A stretch of DNA of 64,000 nucleotides, from IMG/VR virus record IMGVR_UViG_3300002835_000040; one strand, written 5' to 3'. Under the pieces are notes generated by a model. That model was not told where the DNA came from, ran no database searches, and was given only the letters and a program-made list of their open reading frames with translations. This document shows positions 29,126 through 40,643 of this stretch, piece by piece (positions within the stretch are counted from its first letter, which is position 1; every line of letters begins with the position of its first letter). Position numbers and translations under genes: made by a program. Origin of the DNA: an uncultured virus (IMG/VR IMGVR_UViG_3300002835_000040). Lineage: Duplodnaviria; Heunggongvirae; Uroviricota; Caudoviricetes.

Positions 29126-32100
29126 TTACTTCAGTATTAATATATTTTGTTATGAACACATCCATTGCACTTGCACCTTTTTTCAACCCAAAATAGAAAT
29201 AGAATGGTGCTCCAACCAAAAACGTTTGTTCAAAGTTTTGTGGTATTGACTCGGTTGGTACTCCGTTGTTATCAAAATTAATTTGAGTACCTCTGATGTA
29301 ATAACCATCAGCTTGGTCATTTTGGAAATATTGTGACGCCGGATTTAATCTATCTAAACTTTGGTATTTGTAAGAGAAAAACGAATTGTCATTTGTGTAA
29401 TAATTGTTTGACTGACTACCAAATATATTTTGAGGTGTCTGACTAAGATAATCCAATGACCATTGATAAAATGGAACTTCCTGAGAATTAGTTGTAATAT
29501 TAGTAAACCAACAATCAATTAATTGTTGATTATTTGTTAATGTTCCTCCGCTATTCCATATAGTTCTTCTTGGTGAGATATAATCTCTATCTTGGGTATT
29601 ACCTGTAAGTAACAAACCAAATAGAGGAAAACCAATTGATGCACCACCACCAAGAGATACAGTATTTTGACCAATGTATACCGAATCAGAACTATACGAT
29701 TCAGGTGAAAATTCAGTTATACCAAATTGTGAATTTATAGCAATCATTTGTGAGTAATCACCATCAACATATCCAGGTACGAAAGTCGCTCCGTTATTAT
29801 TCCATCTTGAGTTTGAAAATAATGCCTTAACCGATGGGTCATTACTACCTTCATCCCCACTTTCAGTATTAGGTGTAATTTGTTCATTAAATGAAGTGTT
29901 AATTAATCTACTTAATATAAATAAATTTAATATATCACTAATTGCTTGGAATGATGTTGATTTAACTTTATCAACAATATACCCATCATAATCATCATTA
30001 TACACTAACTCTTGTATAAAATCCGATTTTGGTCCTAAATCCAATAATGTTGTCGGTGAACCTAAAAATTTATCATTACCTGTACCAGTAGCATTTCCTC
30101 TATTATTCTTCTTACCAATAAAACTTCCTGTCTCAGGATTAGTTTGGTCAGGTGTTTGGAATGGACTACTTCTGTAGTAAAAATTACTTGTTTGGTCATG
30201 TAAATAAATTAAATCCGTACAATATAAACTTGATGGGTTATTATTTAAATCAAATATTCTTTGGTTTTGGAATGGGTAAGCGTATAGTGTACCATTAACA
30301 TATTGATTAGTAAAGTTATGTGACGTAATGTCAAAACATAATGCTAAATTCAAATTAATTCTTGTGAATAACTCAACAATATTTTTAATATCTTTACCTA
30401 AAGTAGTTATTGGTTTTGACACAAAATTATAACATCCATAACCCTTTAAAAAGTATTTTTTAGAATCAGATGGGTCAATATAATCCTCAACACAATTAGG
30501 TAATATAATTGGTTGATTTTGAGAATTAAGACCATAACAAGGTAACGGAACGGCTTCACTACAATTACTTAAACTTTCAAGTACCGCAGCGTAACTTGGT
30601 GGTGTAAAAATTTGTGAATTTTCGTTATTTGTTTGAGGTGTAGTATCAATAGTAATAACTTGTTCCGACGCTCCTTCATCACTAACTTTAAAAATAGCAA
30701 ATTGACTATTTTGATGTAATAGGAAACTATTAATTCTAGCAGTTTGTATAGTTGTTGAGGTAGGTAACCTATCAGACCTAAATACAATATTTGAATCATT
30801 ACTTAAAGAAGTAGTCATTCCTGTCGAATATTGTGTTGAGAAAAATTTTGGGTTACCATTATATGGGGCCTGATAATTTGAGTCTTGAATGGCAGAACCT
30901 AAAGCGCCTGAACCATCAGTAAATTTTGGCATAGTATTAAAAACAGGCACATCCCAAAAAATTCCTGTTTCCCCATTAAATGAAAAATTACTTCTCATGA
31001 ACGACGCTCCATCAACAACTTCATTACCTTGGTACCCTAAAACATTACGGTTAGATGTACATCGATTATCAACTTGTTTAGTGTAAAATGAAAACGACCC
31101 AAGAGCATTTAAATATAGGGTATATATAGTTTGAGGATTTGTGAATATTTTTGTAAGTGAATTTACATGATAAGATGGGGGATTAAATGAATTTGGTGAT
31201 GATGTGGTTACTGAAGGTTCGTTACATACATTTGAAGAATTAACTGTCAAAACCTCTCCGTTAGGAACAGTAATATCATTTAAAATATTTGTGCCAACAT
31301 AATTAATTGTAGTGTCGGTGGGGTTAATAAAATCCCAAGGATTATTTATATTATTACCATTATAAGTTAATCCGCCATTTAACGTATTAAACAAATTAGA
31401 GTCTACCGATGAATAATATGATGGTAATGTAGTATTTCCAGTAGTAATATAGTCATTCTGAGTATAGGTAAAAGCATAACTTGGTTTAAATAAGTTTGAA
31501 GTATTATTTAATGTGTTATCATGTCTTTCTGAATAAATTGTTCCTGTAATAGGATAATTCATTTTAAATTCTCCACTAATAACTAAACCACTATTATATG
31601 TAGGAAATCCAAATATTCGAGATAAATCAATCTGTTGAGGGATTCTAGGTGAATGAGCATCTATACCACGTTGTAATAAAACTATTTTATATTCATCATA
31701 ATCAGTAATATAATTAGTTAAATAAATGTCTGTTGAATCATTACCATAAACTACGTTACTAGCGTTATTTCCACCTAATGTCCTAATCATTGGAATTTTA
31801 AGTACACTTTGACCGATTGACGGAGTAATTCTTTGGAGATATCTAACACCAAAACTTAATACGTCAGGATTTGGATTTGCTAATGATTCGTATTGTCCAA
31901 TAGTCATTCCTGTGATAACTTGGAAGTATTCAACATCCGAAGCAAAAGAACTTGTTCCAGAAACAGATGTTGTTGAAGATAAAACAGGTACAATATATGT
32001 TGTGTTTAAATTAGACCCGTTATTTGACAGAAAATCAGGGTTAGCATAATTTACATTTATTGATGCCGGAAAAATAGTTGTACCAGTTGTTACATTTTTA

Positions 32101-34793
32101 TTTGCATCTCCACTTAACTCATCGTCTTGAAATGATAATAATTGACCTAATGTATAATCAGGCGCTGATTTATCTAAGACTAAAACCATAATATTATCTA
32201 AGTGGTGAGCAGTAGGTGCCGGATTTTCAGTGGGAAACCATTTAACTTTTATTTGGTTCCAACCGAGTTCGAAACCATCACCAAAACCAGGAACGTTATT
32301 AAAATATTTTGATTTAGTATTAAATAAGTTATATAACTCAGAAGTCGGTAATACAGTTGTTGTATAAAATTCACCCGTAAGAGTTAATTCTCCTTCATCA
32401 CTATTATAATACGTTTCTTGGATTGGGAATCTTTTTATATTAACATCTAAAGAACCTCCGAATACTTGAGCGTAATTATTTATTTGATTTGCAGCTATTC
32501 CATTATATGTCACAGTCGCTGTTGAATTAATTAAAAAAGATGTTTGAGGGTCACCAGGTGGTTGTGGGAACGAACCTAATGAACCATCCATTTCAGTGTC
32601 AATAGATGTTGATGAATTACACTTACATCGTTCACATCCATCATCGGTATATAAAACTAATGGTAGAGTAAAATTTTTCAATTTATTTCCAATCTCTTTA
32701 ATTTTATCTAATTGGGTCGTCAATAAAACCGCTAAACCTATATATATTGCTACGTATATGGTGTACAAAATCGCAAGAGCAAGAATTCCCCAGTTAAATA
32801 CTGTAACCGCACCAAGACCAACTCCCACAGTTACAACATTAGAGTAAAAAGAAATCGCCGCACTAGCGTCTTGAGCAGCTTGAACAGTCAAGTACGCAAT
32901 TAAGAAAAGAAATAACAATGGTAAACCAGTTGTCATTAACCACGCAAGAACATGTATAATAAATAAAATCGGTAGAGATAGAAACTTAAATACATTTAAG
33001 AAAAATGATATTACTAAATAAATAAAATCAAACCTATAGAAAGCGTCATTAGTTGGAAATGTGTTATAATCCCCCTGACAACTTGTATCAGTAATTTTTT
33101 TAACACCAACAGTATTCCAAGCAAATCGACTACCCTGATACCTATCAATAAACTGAGTTGTTGTATAAACTTTATTATACGACATATCATAAAATGTATC
33201 TCTACAATTAATTGCCTCATCAGGTACCGCATAATCATTCCAATCTAAACTGAAAGCATAAGAACCTTCCAACATAAACCTATCAAAAGGAATATTATAA
33301 AATGTGAAGAGATATTGAGCCGCAGGGTCTTCTCTATAAAATTGCAAAATATATGTTCCAGGTTCTCTAAATACTTGACTAAGATAAGGATTACCATTAG
33401 GGTCAGTAATTGTCAAATCTTTAACATTCTGAACTGTTTTAATTCTAATAATTTGTCCTTGGGTCACGGGGAGATTTAAAGTAACTAAATCACCATCAGG
33501 TAATGTAGTACTAGGGTCAGTAGCTTCAAATGTACCAAATGGGGTTAATATTGGGTCAGTAAATGGGTCTTCCCATCCTCTTTCTTTAATGTTTGGTATT
33601 AAAAAATACGCTCTTTTAGTTGGGTCACTTAAAGCAGGTGATTGAGACCACTTAACTTTAAATCTATATTTACCTCTTGTAGGTACTCCCAATTTAGGGT
33701 CATTACTTATTTTTTTAACCCCATTCTCATCGGTATATACATAATCTAAGTTCATAGGTACTTCTAATACCCATACACCATTTTCGTCAATAACTTTACC
33801 ATCATTATCTAATTGAGCTTGTTCTAAAATTGGTCTACCATCCTTATCATTGAAGATTGTTTGTCTCAAAGCCACTATCTGACCCGGACCTGTGGTCATG
33901 GTACATAATTCACCAGCAGTCCTTTTAACTTTACATGCCGATTGTGTTTGATTTAAAAATTTAAAGTTTTTACCAACTTTTTGTGTGTCGTCAGTAGATA
34001 TTATTGAACCCATAAAAACCGCAGTAGGTTCAAGTTTAACATTAGCTTCAGAAGTTAAATCAAAATCAACTCTTGCAATGTTATAATTACAAATCTCAAA
34101 TTCACCAAAGAATGGTTCAATCTGAACAGTCTTTTGACTTGTTATAATTTGTGGTAACTCAGCATAATTTGTTGATGTTTTAAATTTTGAACCATTAACA
34201 GTATCTTCAGTTGCCAATCCCATTCTTATCAAATCCTGAGGAGTTAATGAAAACTCACCAATATCTGAAAGGTCAACTTGCATAAATAAAGTTTGTTGAC
34301 CCACTGGAACTCCAAAAATCATGTAGTCACCCGACTCATTTGTTTTAACTGTAAACTTGTAATATTTTTCATAAACCTGAATAAGTGGTTTATCTGTTAA
34401 AACATCTAAACGTTCAGGAAAAGTTCCTACAGGTACGTGACCTGAGTGCGACTGAGTGTAAGGTAAAAGATTATATCTATATCCATCCTCATTAATATCT
34501 GTAAAACTTGTGTAAGGATATAATGATGCAATATAGTCATTTTGTGTATCTATGTCCTCGATTGGAACAAATACTGAAACTCTCGCATTAGGAATACCAA
34601 AACCATTATTACAGAATATTCTACCACAAACAACACCATAATCCGAACAACTTCTAATGTAGATGTCATCAGGACGAATAGCCAAAGACAAAATTTCTAA
34701 AGTATCAAAATTTTGTTCTAAAACTATAGGTATCTTAACAGGGATATTTTGATTAATACCTAATTGGGTACGTATTCTATATGACTTCGGCAT
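29118..34793 (-). CDS. Very large protein with N-terminal carboxypeptidase-regulatory-like beta-sandwich and a central multi-helix hydrophobic segment
   Basis: 1891 aa. GVVCGRI..GIPNARVSVF..KTNESGDYMIFGVPVG. A ~105-aa nearly uncharged stretch is followed by CERCKC. Confidence 0.6.
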   Translation of the reverse strand: MPKSYRIRTQLGINQNIPVKIPIVLEQNFDTLEILSLAIRPDDIYIRSCSDYGVVCGRIFCNNGFGIPNARVSVFVPIEDIDTQNDYIASLYPYTSFTDINEDGYRYNLLPYTQSHSGHVPVGTFPERLDVLTDKPLIQVYEKYYKFTVKTNESGDYMIFGVPVGQQTLFMQVDLSDIGEFSLTPQDLIRMGLATEDTVNGSKFKTSTNYAELPQIITSQKTVQIEPFFGEFEICNYNIARVDFDLTSEANVKLEPTAVFMGSIISTDDTQKVGKNFKFLNQTQSACKVKRTAGELCTMTTGPGQIVALRQTIFNDKDGRPILEQAQLDNDGKVIDENGVWVLEVPMNLDYVYTDENGVKKISNDPKLGVPTRGKYRFKVKWSQSPALSDPTKRAYFLIPNIKERGWEDPFTDPILTPFGTFEATDPSTTLPDGDLVTLNLPVTQGQIIRIKTVQNVKDLTITDPNGNPYLSQVFREPGTYILQFYREDPAAQYLFTFYNIPFDRFMLEGSYAFSLDWNDYAVPDEAINCRDTFYDMSYNKVYTTTQFIDRYQGSRFAWNTVGVKKITDTSCQGDYNTFPTNDAFYRFDFIYLVISFFLNVFKFLSLPILFIIHVLAWLMTTGLPLLFLFLIAYLTVQAAQDASAAISFYSNVVTVGVGLGAVTVFNWGILALAILYTIYVAIYIGLAVLLTTQLDKIKEIGNKLKNFTLPLVLYTDDGCERCKCNSSTSIDTEMDGSLGSFPQPPGDPQTSFLINSTATVTYNGIAANQINNYAQVFGGSLDVNIKRFPIQETYYNSDEGELTLTGEFYTTTVLPTSELYNLFNTKSKYFNNVPGFGDGFELGWNQIKVKWFPTENPAPTAHHLDNIMVLVLDKSAPDYTLGQLLSFQDDELSGDANKNVTTGTTIFPASINVNYANPDFLSNNGSNLNTTYIVPVLSSTTSVSGTSSFASDVEYFQVITGMTIGQYESLANPNPDVLSFGVRYLQRITPSIGQSVLKIPMIRTLGGNNASNVVYGNDSTDIYLTNYITDYDEYKIVLLQRGIDAHSPRIPQQIDLSRIFGFPTYNSGLVISGEFKMNYPITGTIYSERHDNTLNNTSNLFKPSYAFTYTQNDYITTGNTTLPSYYSSVDSNLFNTLNGGLTYNGNNINNPWDFINPTDTTINYVGTNILNDITVPNGEVLTVNSSNVCNEPSVTTSSPNSFNPPSYHVNSLTKIFTNPQTIYTLYLNALGSFSFYTKQVDNRCTSNRNVLGYQGNEVVDGASFMRSNFSFNGETGIFWDVPVFNTMPKFTDGSGALGSAIQDSNYQAPYNGNPKFFSTQYSTGMTTSLSNDSNIVFRSDRLPTSTTIQTARINSFLLHQNSQFAIFKVSDEGASEQVITIDTTPQTNNENSQIFTPPSYAAVLESLSNCSEAVPLPCYGLNSQNQPIILPNCVEDYIDPSDSKKYFLKGYGCYNFVSKPITTLGKDIKNIVELFTRINLNLALCFDITSHNFTNQYVNGTLYAYPFQNQRIFDLNNNPSSLYCTDLIYLHDQTSNFYYRSSPFQTPDQTNPETGSFIGKKNNRGNATGTGNDKFLGSPTTLLDLGPKSDFIQELVYNDDYDGYIVDKVKSTSFQAISDILNLFILSRLINTSFNEQITPNTESGDEGSNDPSVKALFSNSRWNNNGATFVPGYVDGDYSQMIAINSQFGITEFSPESYSSDSVYIGQNTVSLGGGASIGFPLFGLLLTGNTQDRDYISPRRTIWNSGGTLTNNQQLIDCWFTNITTNSQEVPFYQWSLDYLSQTPQNIFGSQSNNYYTNDNSFFSYKYQSLDRLNPASQYFQNDQADGYYIRGTQINFDNNGVPTESIPQNFEQTFLVGAPFYFYFGLKKGASAMDVFITKYINTEVNV

Positions 34794-34853
34794 TTTACTT
34801 TTTTAATAAATAGTTTAGCTACTATTTTCAAAATAGTAAATTATGTTCGAAAG

Positions 34854-36692
34854 TTAAGAGAAATTAACAGTACCTAAATTTAAAGTACTCACAGTAATGT
34901 CCTTATTTGGGAATCTAATTTGATAAATTTGTGATGGTGTTGCAAATAATGTTTCATTAATCAATCCAATTTGTTTTGTAGCACTATCACTATACGGTTG
35001 AGATGTTTGATTTGAGGAATATAAACCTCCAACTAAATTAAATACATTTAGCTCACTAATAGATAAAACACCATTTAATGATTGTATTAATCTTTTTAAT
35101 TCTGACATATAAACATTTTCACCCATGTTCCTGTTTAAAGGACTAAAAAAAGTATCCACAGTGTTAATTATATTTGTAACAACAGCTCCTTGATTTTGTG
35201 TTGAGTCTAATACTACACTAATATCAATTTTTAAATCAATAACCTCAGCACTTTCAACTGAAATATAATCATTAATCATTCGATAATTTGAGAGATAATT
35301 TGACACATTTGTTTTTAAACTACTTGTTAAATTTGAATCTAATTTACCTTCGTCATCAAACGTTAACATTTTAACTTTAATTTTATTATCCTCTTCAGTT
35401 ATTGCAACTTTAGCCGGTGCTCCAAACTGAGACGGCATTTTTCTCAAAATTGAGTTATAATCATTAATTGTTACCGCTCTATTTTGAGAAGAGAAATTAA
35501 ATCCAATTAAATTTCTAACCTCTTCAATTGTTGGTACATTAGCACCTCCAACAGCTGCGGTAACATTGGTACAAGACATACTATTAATAACCGAACTATT
35601 AATTGATTGATTTGGCCCATTAACCGCAAAATTTATCGTACCAATTTGGTTGATAACCCCTGTACCTAAATTAGTCCCCAATCCACCACCAATTCTATAT
35701 TGAACAAATAATGTTGTATTTGGTGTGATTGTTGAACCTAAAGATAAATTGTTCGAGTATTTGGATAAATCTAAAGGTGTACCATTTCTAGCAAATTCTC
35801 TTAATAGTTCATCTGTTGACTGACTTCCCCCACCAAATGTCATTTTTAAAAATCCTTGAGGTGTGTATTCAGTTATAAATTTATCACTTGTTTGAAGATA
35901 TCTGCCAACTTTTTTTCCAGCCGCACTTTGTGAACCTGTCGGGTCTTCTACAAATATCCTATCTTGTGCTAAAGCGTCAACCTCATACCACCTATTATTT
36001 AATCCTAAAAATTCTTCAACAGACGGAACATTATTATAGTTTAGTCCATCTTTTAATAAAACACTTGTAACACCTAAAACATTTTTTTCAGGTAAAAATA
36101 ATTCTAAAAATGGTCTTGACTCAGAGGTAGTAATTGTTTTTCTAAATACTTTAGTAATACCATTAACTACGGGTTCTCTTTTAGTAATTCTATAATTTAT
36201 TGTTGTACCATTTGCGTTTTGAATTGGTGTTTTAGTTCTATTTCTAAAACCTTCACTATTTGTTTCCTTTGAGAAATCTATATCATTTGCAGTTTCAAAC
36301 ACTTGTCCAGCTCCGTATACTTGTGAACCTCTTCTTAATATTCCACAATATTTAATATTTTCTTTATCTCCCTCAACAGGAACTACAATTGAAAAATCAA
36401 CTAAAGCAACTGACGGTCTTTGTCCAGGTATTTTAAGTCCATATGTTCTCGCAATGTTATATATTGATGAACTCTGTTGAGCATATTGTAAAACAGTTTC
36501 TTGTATACCTCTATCAATATGATAATGTAAATTATCCGTAACTGCAGCATTAAGGTCTAAAAATACTGAGAAAACCGCTGCATCATTAACATTTTGAATT
36601 AACTCAGGATAGTAAGCTTTAACAAAATTTACTAACTCTTGTCTTATATTTTGAAAGTCCCTTGTTGTGTATGATATTTGTTTGTTTGCCAT
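34854..36692 (-). CDS. Baseplate wedge subunit (T4 gp6 / P2 gpJ-like)
   Basis: RDFQNIRQELVNF, SSIYNIARTYG, YRIGGG..TN, GGANVPTIEEVR, QNRAVTINDY. Confidence 0.9.
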   Translation of the reverse strand: MANKQISYTTRDFQNIRQELVNFVKAYYPELIQNVNDAAVFSVFLDLNAAVTDNLHYHIDRGIQETVLQYAQQSSSIYNIARTYGLKIPGQRPSVALVDFSIVVPVEGDKENIKYCGILRRGSQVYGAGQVFETANDIDFSKETNSEGFRNRTKTPIQNANGTTINYRITKREPVVNGITKVFRKTITTSESRPFLELFLPEKNVLGVTSVLLKDGLNYNNVPSVEEFLGLNNRWYEVDALAQDRIFVEDPTGSQSAAGKKVGRYLQTSDKFITEYTPQGFLKMTFGGGSQSTDELLREFARNGTPLDLSKYSNNLSLGSTITPNTTLFVQYRIGGGLGTNLGTGVINQIGTINFAVNGPNQSINSSVINSMSCTNVTAAVGGANVPTIEEVRNLIGFNFSSQNRAVTINDYNSILRKMPSQFGAPAKVAITEEDNKIKVKMLTFDDEGKLDSNLTSSLKTNVSNYLSNYRMINDYISVESAEVIDLKIDISVVLDSTQNQGAVVTNIINTVDTFFSPLNRNMGENVYMSELKRLIQSLNGVLSISELNVFNLVGGLYSSNQTSQPYSDSATKQIGLINETLFATPSQIYQIRFPNKDITVSTLNLGTVNFS

Positions 36693-36693
36693 A

Positions 36694-37155
36694 TTATATA
36701 TTAATTATTACAAAACTACTTGAGTTAAAGACATCATTTGTTATTTGATAATCAATTCTTACTTTAGCAGTATATTCTTTAGTTGCTAATCCTGGTATTG
36801 TTAATTGTGTATTTACAACATTTCCTTCTGTTGTAACATATGGTCCGGCTTCTTCTGATGAAAGAGCGGTAACCCTTATTGATGTTATCAATAAGTTAGG
36901 TATATATGTCTCCACAGAATCTTTAATCTCCGATTCAATATCATTAAATGTTGGTCCATCTAATGGTTCAAAAATATATTCATACAATCTTGTACCAAAA
37001 TCAGGTAAAAAATATCTACTACCTTTTCGAGTTAATAATAAATGTATTAAATTATTTTTAATCTCATCACTAGTAGTTTCAGATAAATTAAGATATTTTC
37101 CAGTTAAGGAATCACCAAAAGGAAAATTAATACCGTATGTTACACCATTACCCAT
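36694..37155 (-). CDS. Baseplate wedge subunit gp25-like
   Basis: IKNNLIHLLLTRKGSRYFLPDFGTRLYEYIFEP is the GPW/gp25 signature. Confidence 0.92.
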   Translation of the reverse strand: MGNGVTYGINFPFGDSLTGKYLNLSETTSDEIKNNLIHLLLTRKGSRYFLPDFGTRLYEYIFEPLDGPTFNDIESEIKDSVETYIPNLLITSIRVTALSSEEAGPYVTTEGNVVNTQLTIPGLATKEYTAKVRIDYQITNDVFNSSSFVIINI

Positions 37156-37177
37156 ATTTCATAAATAGTATGAAATT

Positions 37178-37201
37178 AAAAATCCCGACCTAGCTCGGGA
37201 T
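37178..37201 (-). terminator. Putative rho-independent terminator after nrdA
   Basis: Minus strand ATCCCGA-GCTAGG-TCGGGAT followed by TTTT. Confidence 0.6.
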
Positions 37202-37217
37202 AACACATCGGATTTTT

Positions 37218-39650
37218 TTAAGAAGAACAACCAAAACAATCAAATTCACTATTTTCAGGTTTGTCAGGTAGATTCATATAACTGTAATCAACCTTTGGTG
37301 GTTCAGGTGTTGGTTTTGGTTTGTTAATTTTTGATACGTCCATAGCCAAGTGTTTAGCTCCCGTTGAGATTGCTCTTGTTCTAACGTAATAACAAAGTGT
37401 TTTCAATCCTTTTTCCCATCCATAAAAATGTGATGATGAAATCTTTGACAATGTTGGGTTTGACATATAGATATTCATTGATTGTGATTGGTCAATGAAC
37501 GGTGCTCTGTCAGCCGCCATTTCAATCAATGCCTTTTGTGAGATTTCCCAAATTGTTTTATACTTTTCAATCAGTCTTTCAATTCTCTTAACTTTAAAGT
37601 TATATCTTTTATCTTCAGGGTCCAAATAATTCAAGAAGTTAATTCCTTGAATTGAACCTTCATTCATAATGATTTCATTCTTTAAGTCCTCAGACCAAAT
37701 TCCAATCTTCTCAAAATCACTAATCAAATACTTGTTAACAATCATAATCTCACCACCAATTACACGTCTGTTGAAAATTGCTGAATGAGCAGGTTCTGTC
37801 ATTTCATATGACCCTGTAATCTTAGCTGAAGACGCTACAGGCATTTGAGCCGTAAATAATGAGTTACAAACTCCGTATTTACTAACATTTTCTTTTAGTG
37901 TCCCCCAAGGCCATCTTCCTGATAACTCATCTTCTTTCAATCCCCACATATCAAATTGGAATACCCCTTGTGACATTGGTGACCCTTCAAAGTGAGTGTA
38001 TGGTTCATACTTACCATCTATACACAATCTGTTACTTTCAGTGATTGCTGCGAAATAGATTGTTTCAAAAATCTCTTTATTTAATTTACGAGCCTCTTCA
38101 GATGTGAAGATGTAATCCATCAAATAGAATACATCCGCAAGTCCTTGAGTTCCAATAGCAATTGCTCTTTGGTCTAATCCACCCTTATGACCTTTTTCAG
38201 TTGAATAACTATTAATGTTAACTACTTTATTTAATGCTCTAACAACCTTACGGGTTTCATCATACAACCCTTTAAAATCAAACTCACCATCTTTTACATA
38301 GTTCTTTAACACCATAGATGAAAGAGTACAGATTGCTGTAGTTTTCTCGTCAGTATACTGGTAAATCTCATTACAAAGATTTGATTGTTTGATTACACCA
38401 ATGTTCTGATGGTTTGTCTTTCTATTAGCACTATCTTTAGAACATAAGTATGGAACCCCTGTTTCAACTTGTGATTCAATAATCTTATTCCAAATTTCCT
38501 GAGCCTTAACTTTCTTACCAAGACCCATACTTACGGCTAATTTATAATTTTCTTCATATTCATCACCGTAACTTTCTTGTAATGGTTTGATACCCGCCTT
38601 AATAATATCGTTAGGACAAAACAAATACCAATCGTTGTTGTTCTTAACTGCGTTCATAAAGTTGTCAGGAATCCAAAGTGCTGTAAACAAATCACGAGCT
38701 CTTAATTCCTCAGCTCCTGTGTTCTTTTTAATTTCCAATAAGTCAAAGATATCTTTATGCCAAGGTTCCAAGTAAATCGCTGCCGAACCAGGTCTACGTC
38801 CTTGTTGATTAAAGAAACGAAGTGACTCGTTAACAATCTTCAAATACTTTAATAATCCACCAGCATATCCACCTGAAGATGAAATACGACTCTCCTTACT
38901 ACGAATGTTAGACATTGATAATCCGATACCCGCAGCGTCAGATGAGTAGGTTGAGATATCTCTCATGGTATTTAACAAACCTTCTCTTGAATCCGAATCA
39001 TTATAATGAAGAACACAAGAAGCAAGTTGTGGTGTTTTAGTACCAGCATTAATCATGATTGGTGTTGCCGGAGATATTCTTTGTGTTGATAACGCTTGGT
39101 AATACTCAACCGCCTCCTCAAATGTGTTAGTCACCCAAAGAGCAACTCTCATATACATATGTTGTGGACGTTCAACTACTTTACCTTCCGACAATTTTAA
39201 AAGATACATTTCAGCAAGTGACCTCCAAGCAAAATAATCAAAGTTATAATCATTATCGTGATTGATAACTTCATCAATGTTAGAAGGTCCGTATTTTTCA
39301 ATAGTCTCCATTAATTTTTCATTGATGATACCTTCACCATGTAACAAATGCATTGTGTTTGAAAAACTTGGGTCAGTTTCCTTATGGTAAGATGAAATAG
39401 CAACTGACGAAGCTAATCTTGAGTAATCGTGATGACTACCTGTAAATGCCGCAGCAATTTCATAGATTAACTTATCTAATTCTTTTGTTGTAATAATACC
39501 TTCAGTTGGTACTGAAGTGATAACCTTAATAAAGATTTCATCGGAGTTGACACTCAACCCCTTTGAAGCTCTTTTGATACGGTTATAAATTTTCTGTGGA
39601 TTAAATGACGAATCATCTCCACTTCTTTTTTTAATTTTAAGTGACATCAT
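37218..39650 (-). CDS. nrdA: Ribonucleoside-diphosphate reductase class Ia alpha subunit
   Basis: N-terminal ATP cone, SPATPIMINAGT..QLASC, NQQGRRPGS, QSNLCNEI, MPVASS, FIDQSQS, KTLCYYVR, C-terminal CFGC. Confidence 0.97.
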   Translation of the reverse strand: MMSLKIKKRSGDDSSFNPQKIYNRIKRASKGLSVNSDEIFIKVITSVPTEGIITTKELDKLIYEIAAAFTGSHHDYSRLASSVAISSYHKETDPSFSNTMHLLHGEGIINEKLMETIEKYGPSNIDEVINHDNDYNFDYFAWRSLAEMYLLKLSEGKVVERPQHMYMRVALWVTNTFEEAVEYYQALSTQRISPATPIMINAGTKTPQLASCVLHYNDSDSREGLLNTMRDISTYSSDAAGIGLSMSNIRSKESRISSSGGYAGGLLKYLKIVNESLRFFNQQGRRPGSAAIYLEPWHKDIFDLLEIKKNTGAEELRARDLFTALWIPDNFMNAVKNNNDWYLFCPNDIIKAGIKPLQESYGDEYEENYKLAVSMGLGKKVKAQEIWNKIIESQVETGVPYLCSKDSANRKTNHQNIGVIKQSNLCNEIYQYTDEKTTAICTLSSMVLKNYVKDGEFDFKGLYDETRKVVRALNKVVNINSYSTEKGHKGGLDQRAIAIGTQGLADVFYLMDYIFTSEEARKLNKEIFETIYFAAITESNRLCIDGKYEPYTHFEGSPMSQGVFQFDMWGLKEDELSGRWPWGTLKENVSKYGVCNSLFTAQMPVASSAKITGSYEMTEPAHSAIFNRRVIGGEIMIVNKYLISDFEKIGIWSEDLKNEIIMNEGSIQGINFLNYLDPEDKRYNFKVKRIERLIEKYKTIWEISQKALIEMAADRAPFIDQSQSMNIYMSNPTLSKISSSHFYGWEKGLKTLCYYVRTRAISTGAKHLAMDVSKINKPKPTPEPPKVDYSYMNLPDKPENSEFDCFGCSS

Positions 39651-39670
39651 AGTTCTATATAAGTAATAAA

Positions 39671-40630
39671 TTAGAAATCGTCAGTAAAGGACAAAGTTTC
39701 ATTTAATTTAGCCTTTTGGTATTCAACAGTTCTTGACTCAAAGAAATTACCTTTTGTTTCAACTGCGATTTGTTCCATAAATTTGAACGGTTGTTCAACA
39801 TTAAATTGTTTTTTACATCCAAATTTTACTAATAATCCATCAACCACAAACTCAAGATATTGTTTCATTAAATTTGAATTCATACCAATAAGTGAAACTG
39901 GTAGAGATTCAGTAATGAACTCTTTTTCAATCTCTAATGCTGACAATAGAATTTCTTTAATTCTTTTTTCACTCGGTTTGTTTTCAATGTGATTGTTTAA
40001 TAAGTGAATTGCAAAGTCACAGTGTAGGTTTTCATCTTTGAAAATCAAAGCGTTAGCATTACACAATCCTTGCATAATACCTCTTGATTTCAACCAAAAG
40101 ATAGAACAGAATGAACCTGAAAAGAAGATACCTTCTACCGCAGCAAACGCAACCAATCTTTCTTGGAACGACGCATTTTCAATCCAATCCAAAGCCCATT
40201 TAGCCTTCTTCTGAACTGCAGGTAGGTTATCTAAAGCAGTAAAACATTTGTTCTTCTCATCTTCATTTGACACGTAAGTATCAATAAGAAGTGAGTACAT
40301 TAGACTATGGATGTTTTCCATTGCTAACTGAATTCCGTAAAAGAATTTTGCCTCAGGATATTGTACTTCTCTGTAGAAATTCTCAGCCAAGTTTTCATTT
40401 ACAATACCATCTGATGCTGCGAAAAACGATAAAATATTTTTTACAAAATACTGTTCATTCTCTGATAAGTTTTCCCAATCACGTAGGTCACCACTTAAAT
40501 CTATTTCTTCTGCCGTCCAAAACGCAGCTTGATGCATCTTATAATATTCCCAAATATCGTTGTACTTGATTGGGAATATTACAAAACGATTTGGATTTTC
40601 TACTAAAATTTTTTCCATTTTTTGTTCCAT
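39671..40630 (-). CDS. nrdB: Ribonucleoside-diphosphate reductase class Ia beta subunit
   Basis: [51 protein letters not shown]. Confidence 0.97.
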   Translation of the reverse strand: MEQKMEKILVENPNRFVIFPIKYNDIWEYYKMHQAAFWTAEEIDLSGDLRDWENLSENEQYFVKNILSFFAASDGIVNENLAENFYREVQYPEAKFFYGIQLAMENIHSLMYSLLIDTYVSNEDEKNKCFTALDNLPAVQKKAKWALDWIENASFQERLVAFAAVEGIFFSGSFCSIFWLKSRGIMQGLCNANALIFKDENLHCDFAIHLLNNHIENKPSEKRIKEILLSALEIEKEFITESLPVSLIGMNSNLMKQYLEFVVDGLLVKFGCKKQFNVEQPFKFMEQIAVETKGNFFESRTVEYQKAKLNETLSFTDDF

Positions 40631-40643
40631 ATTGTTTTAATAA

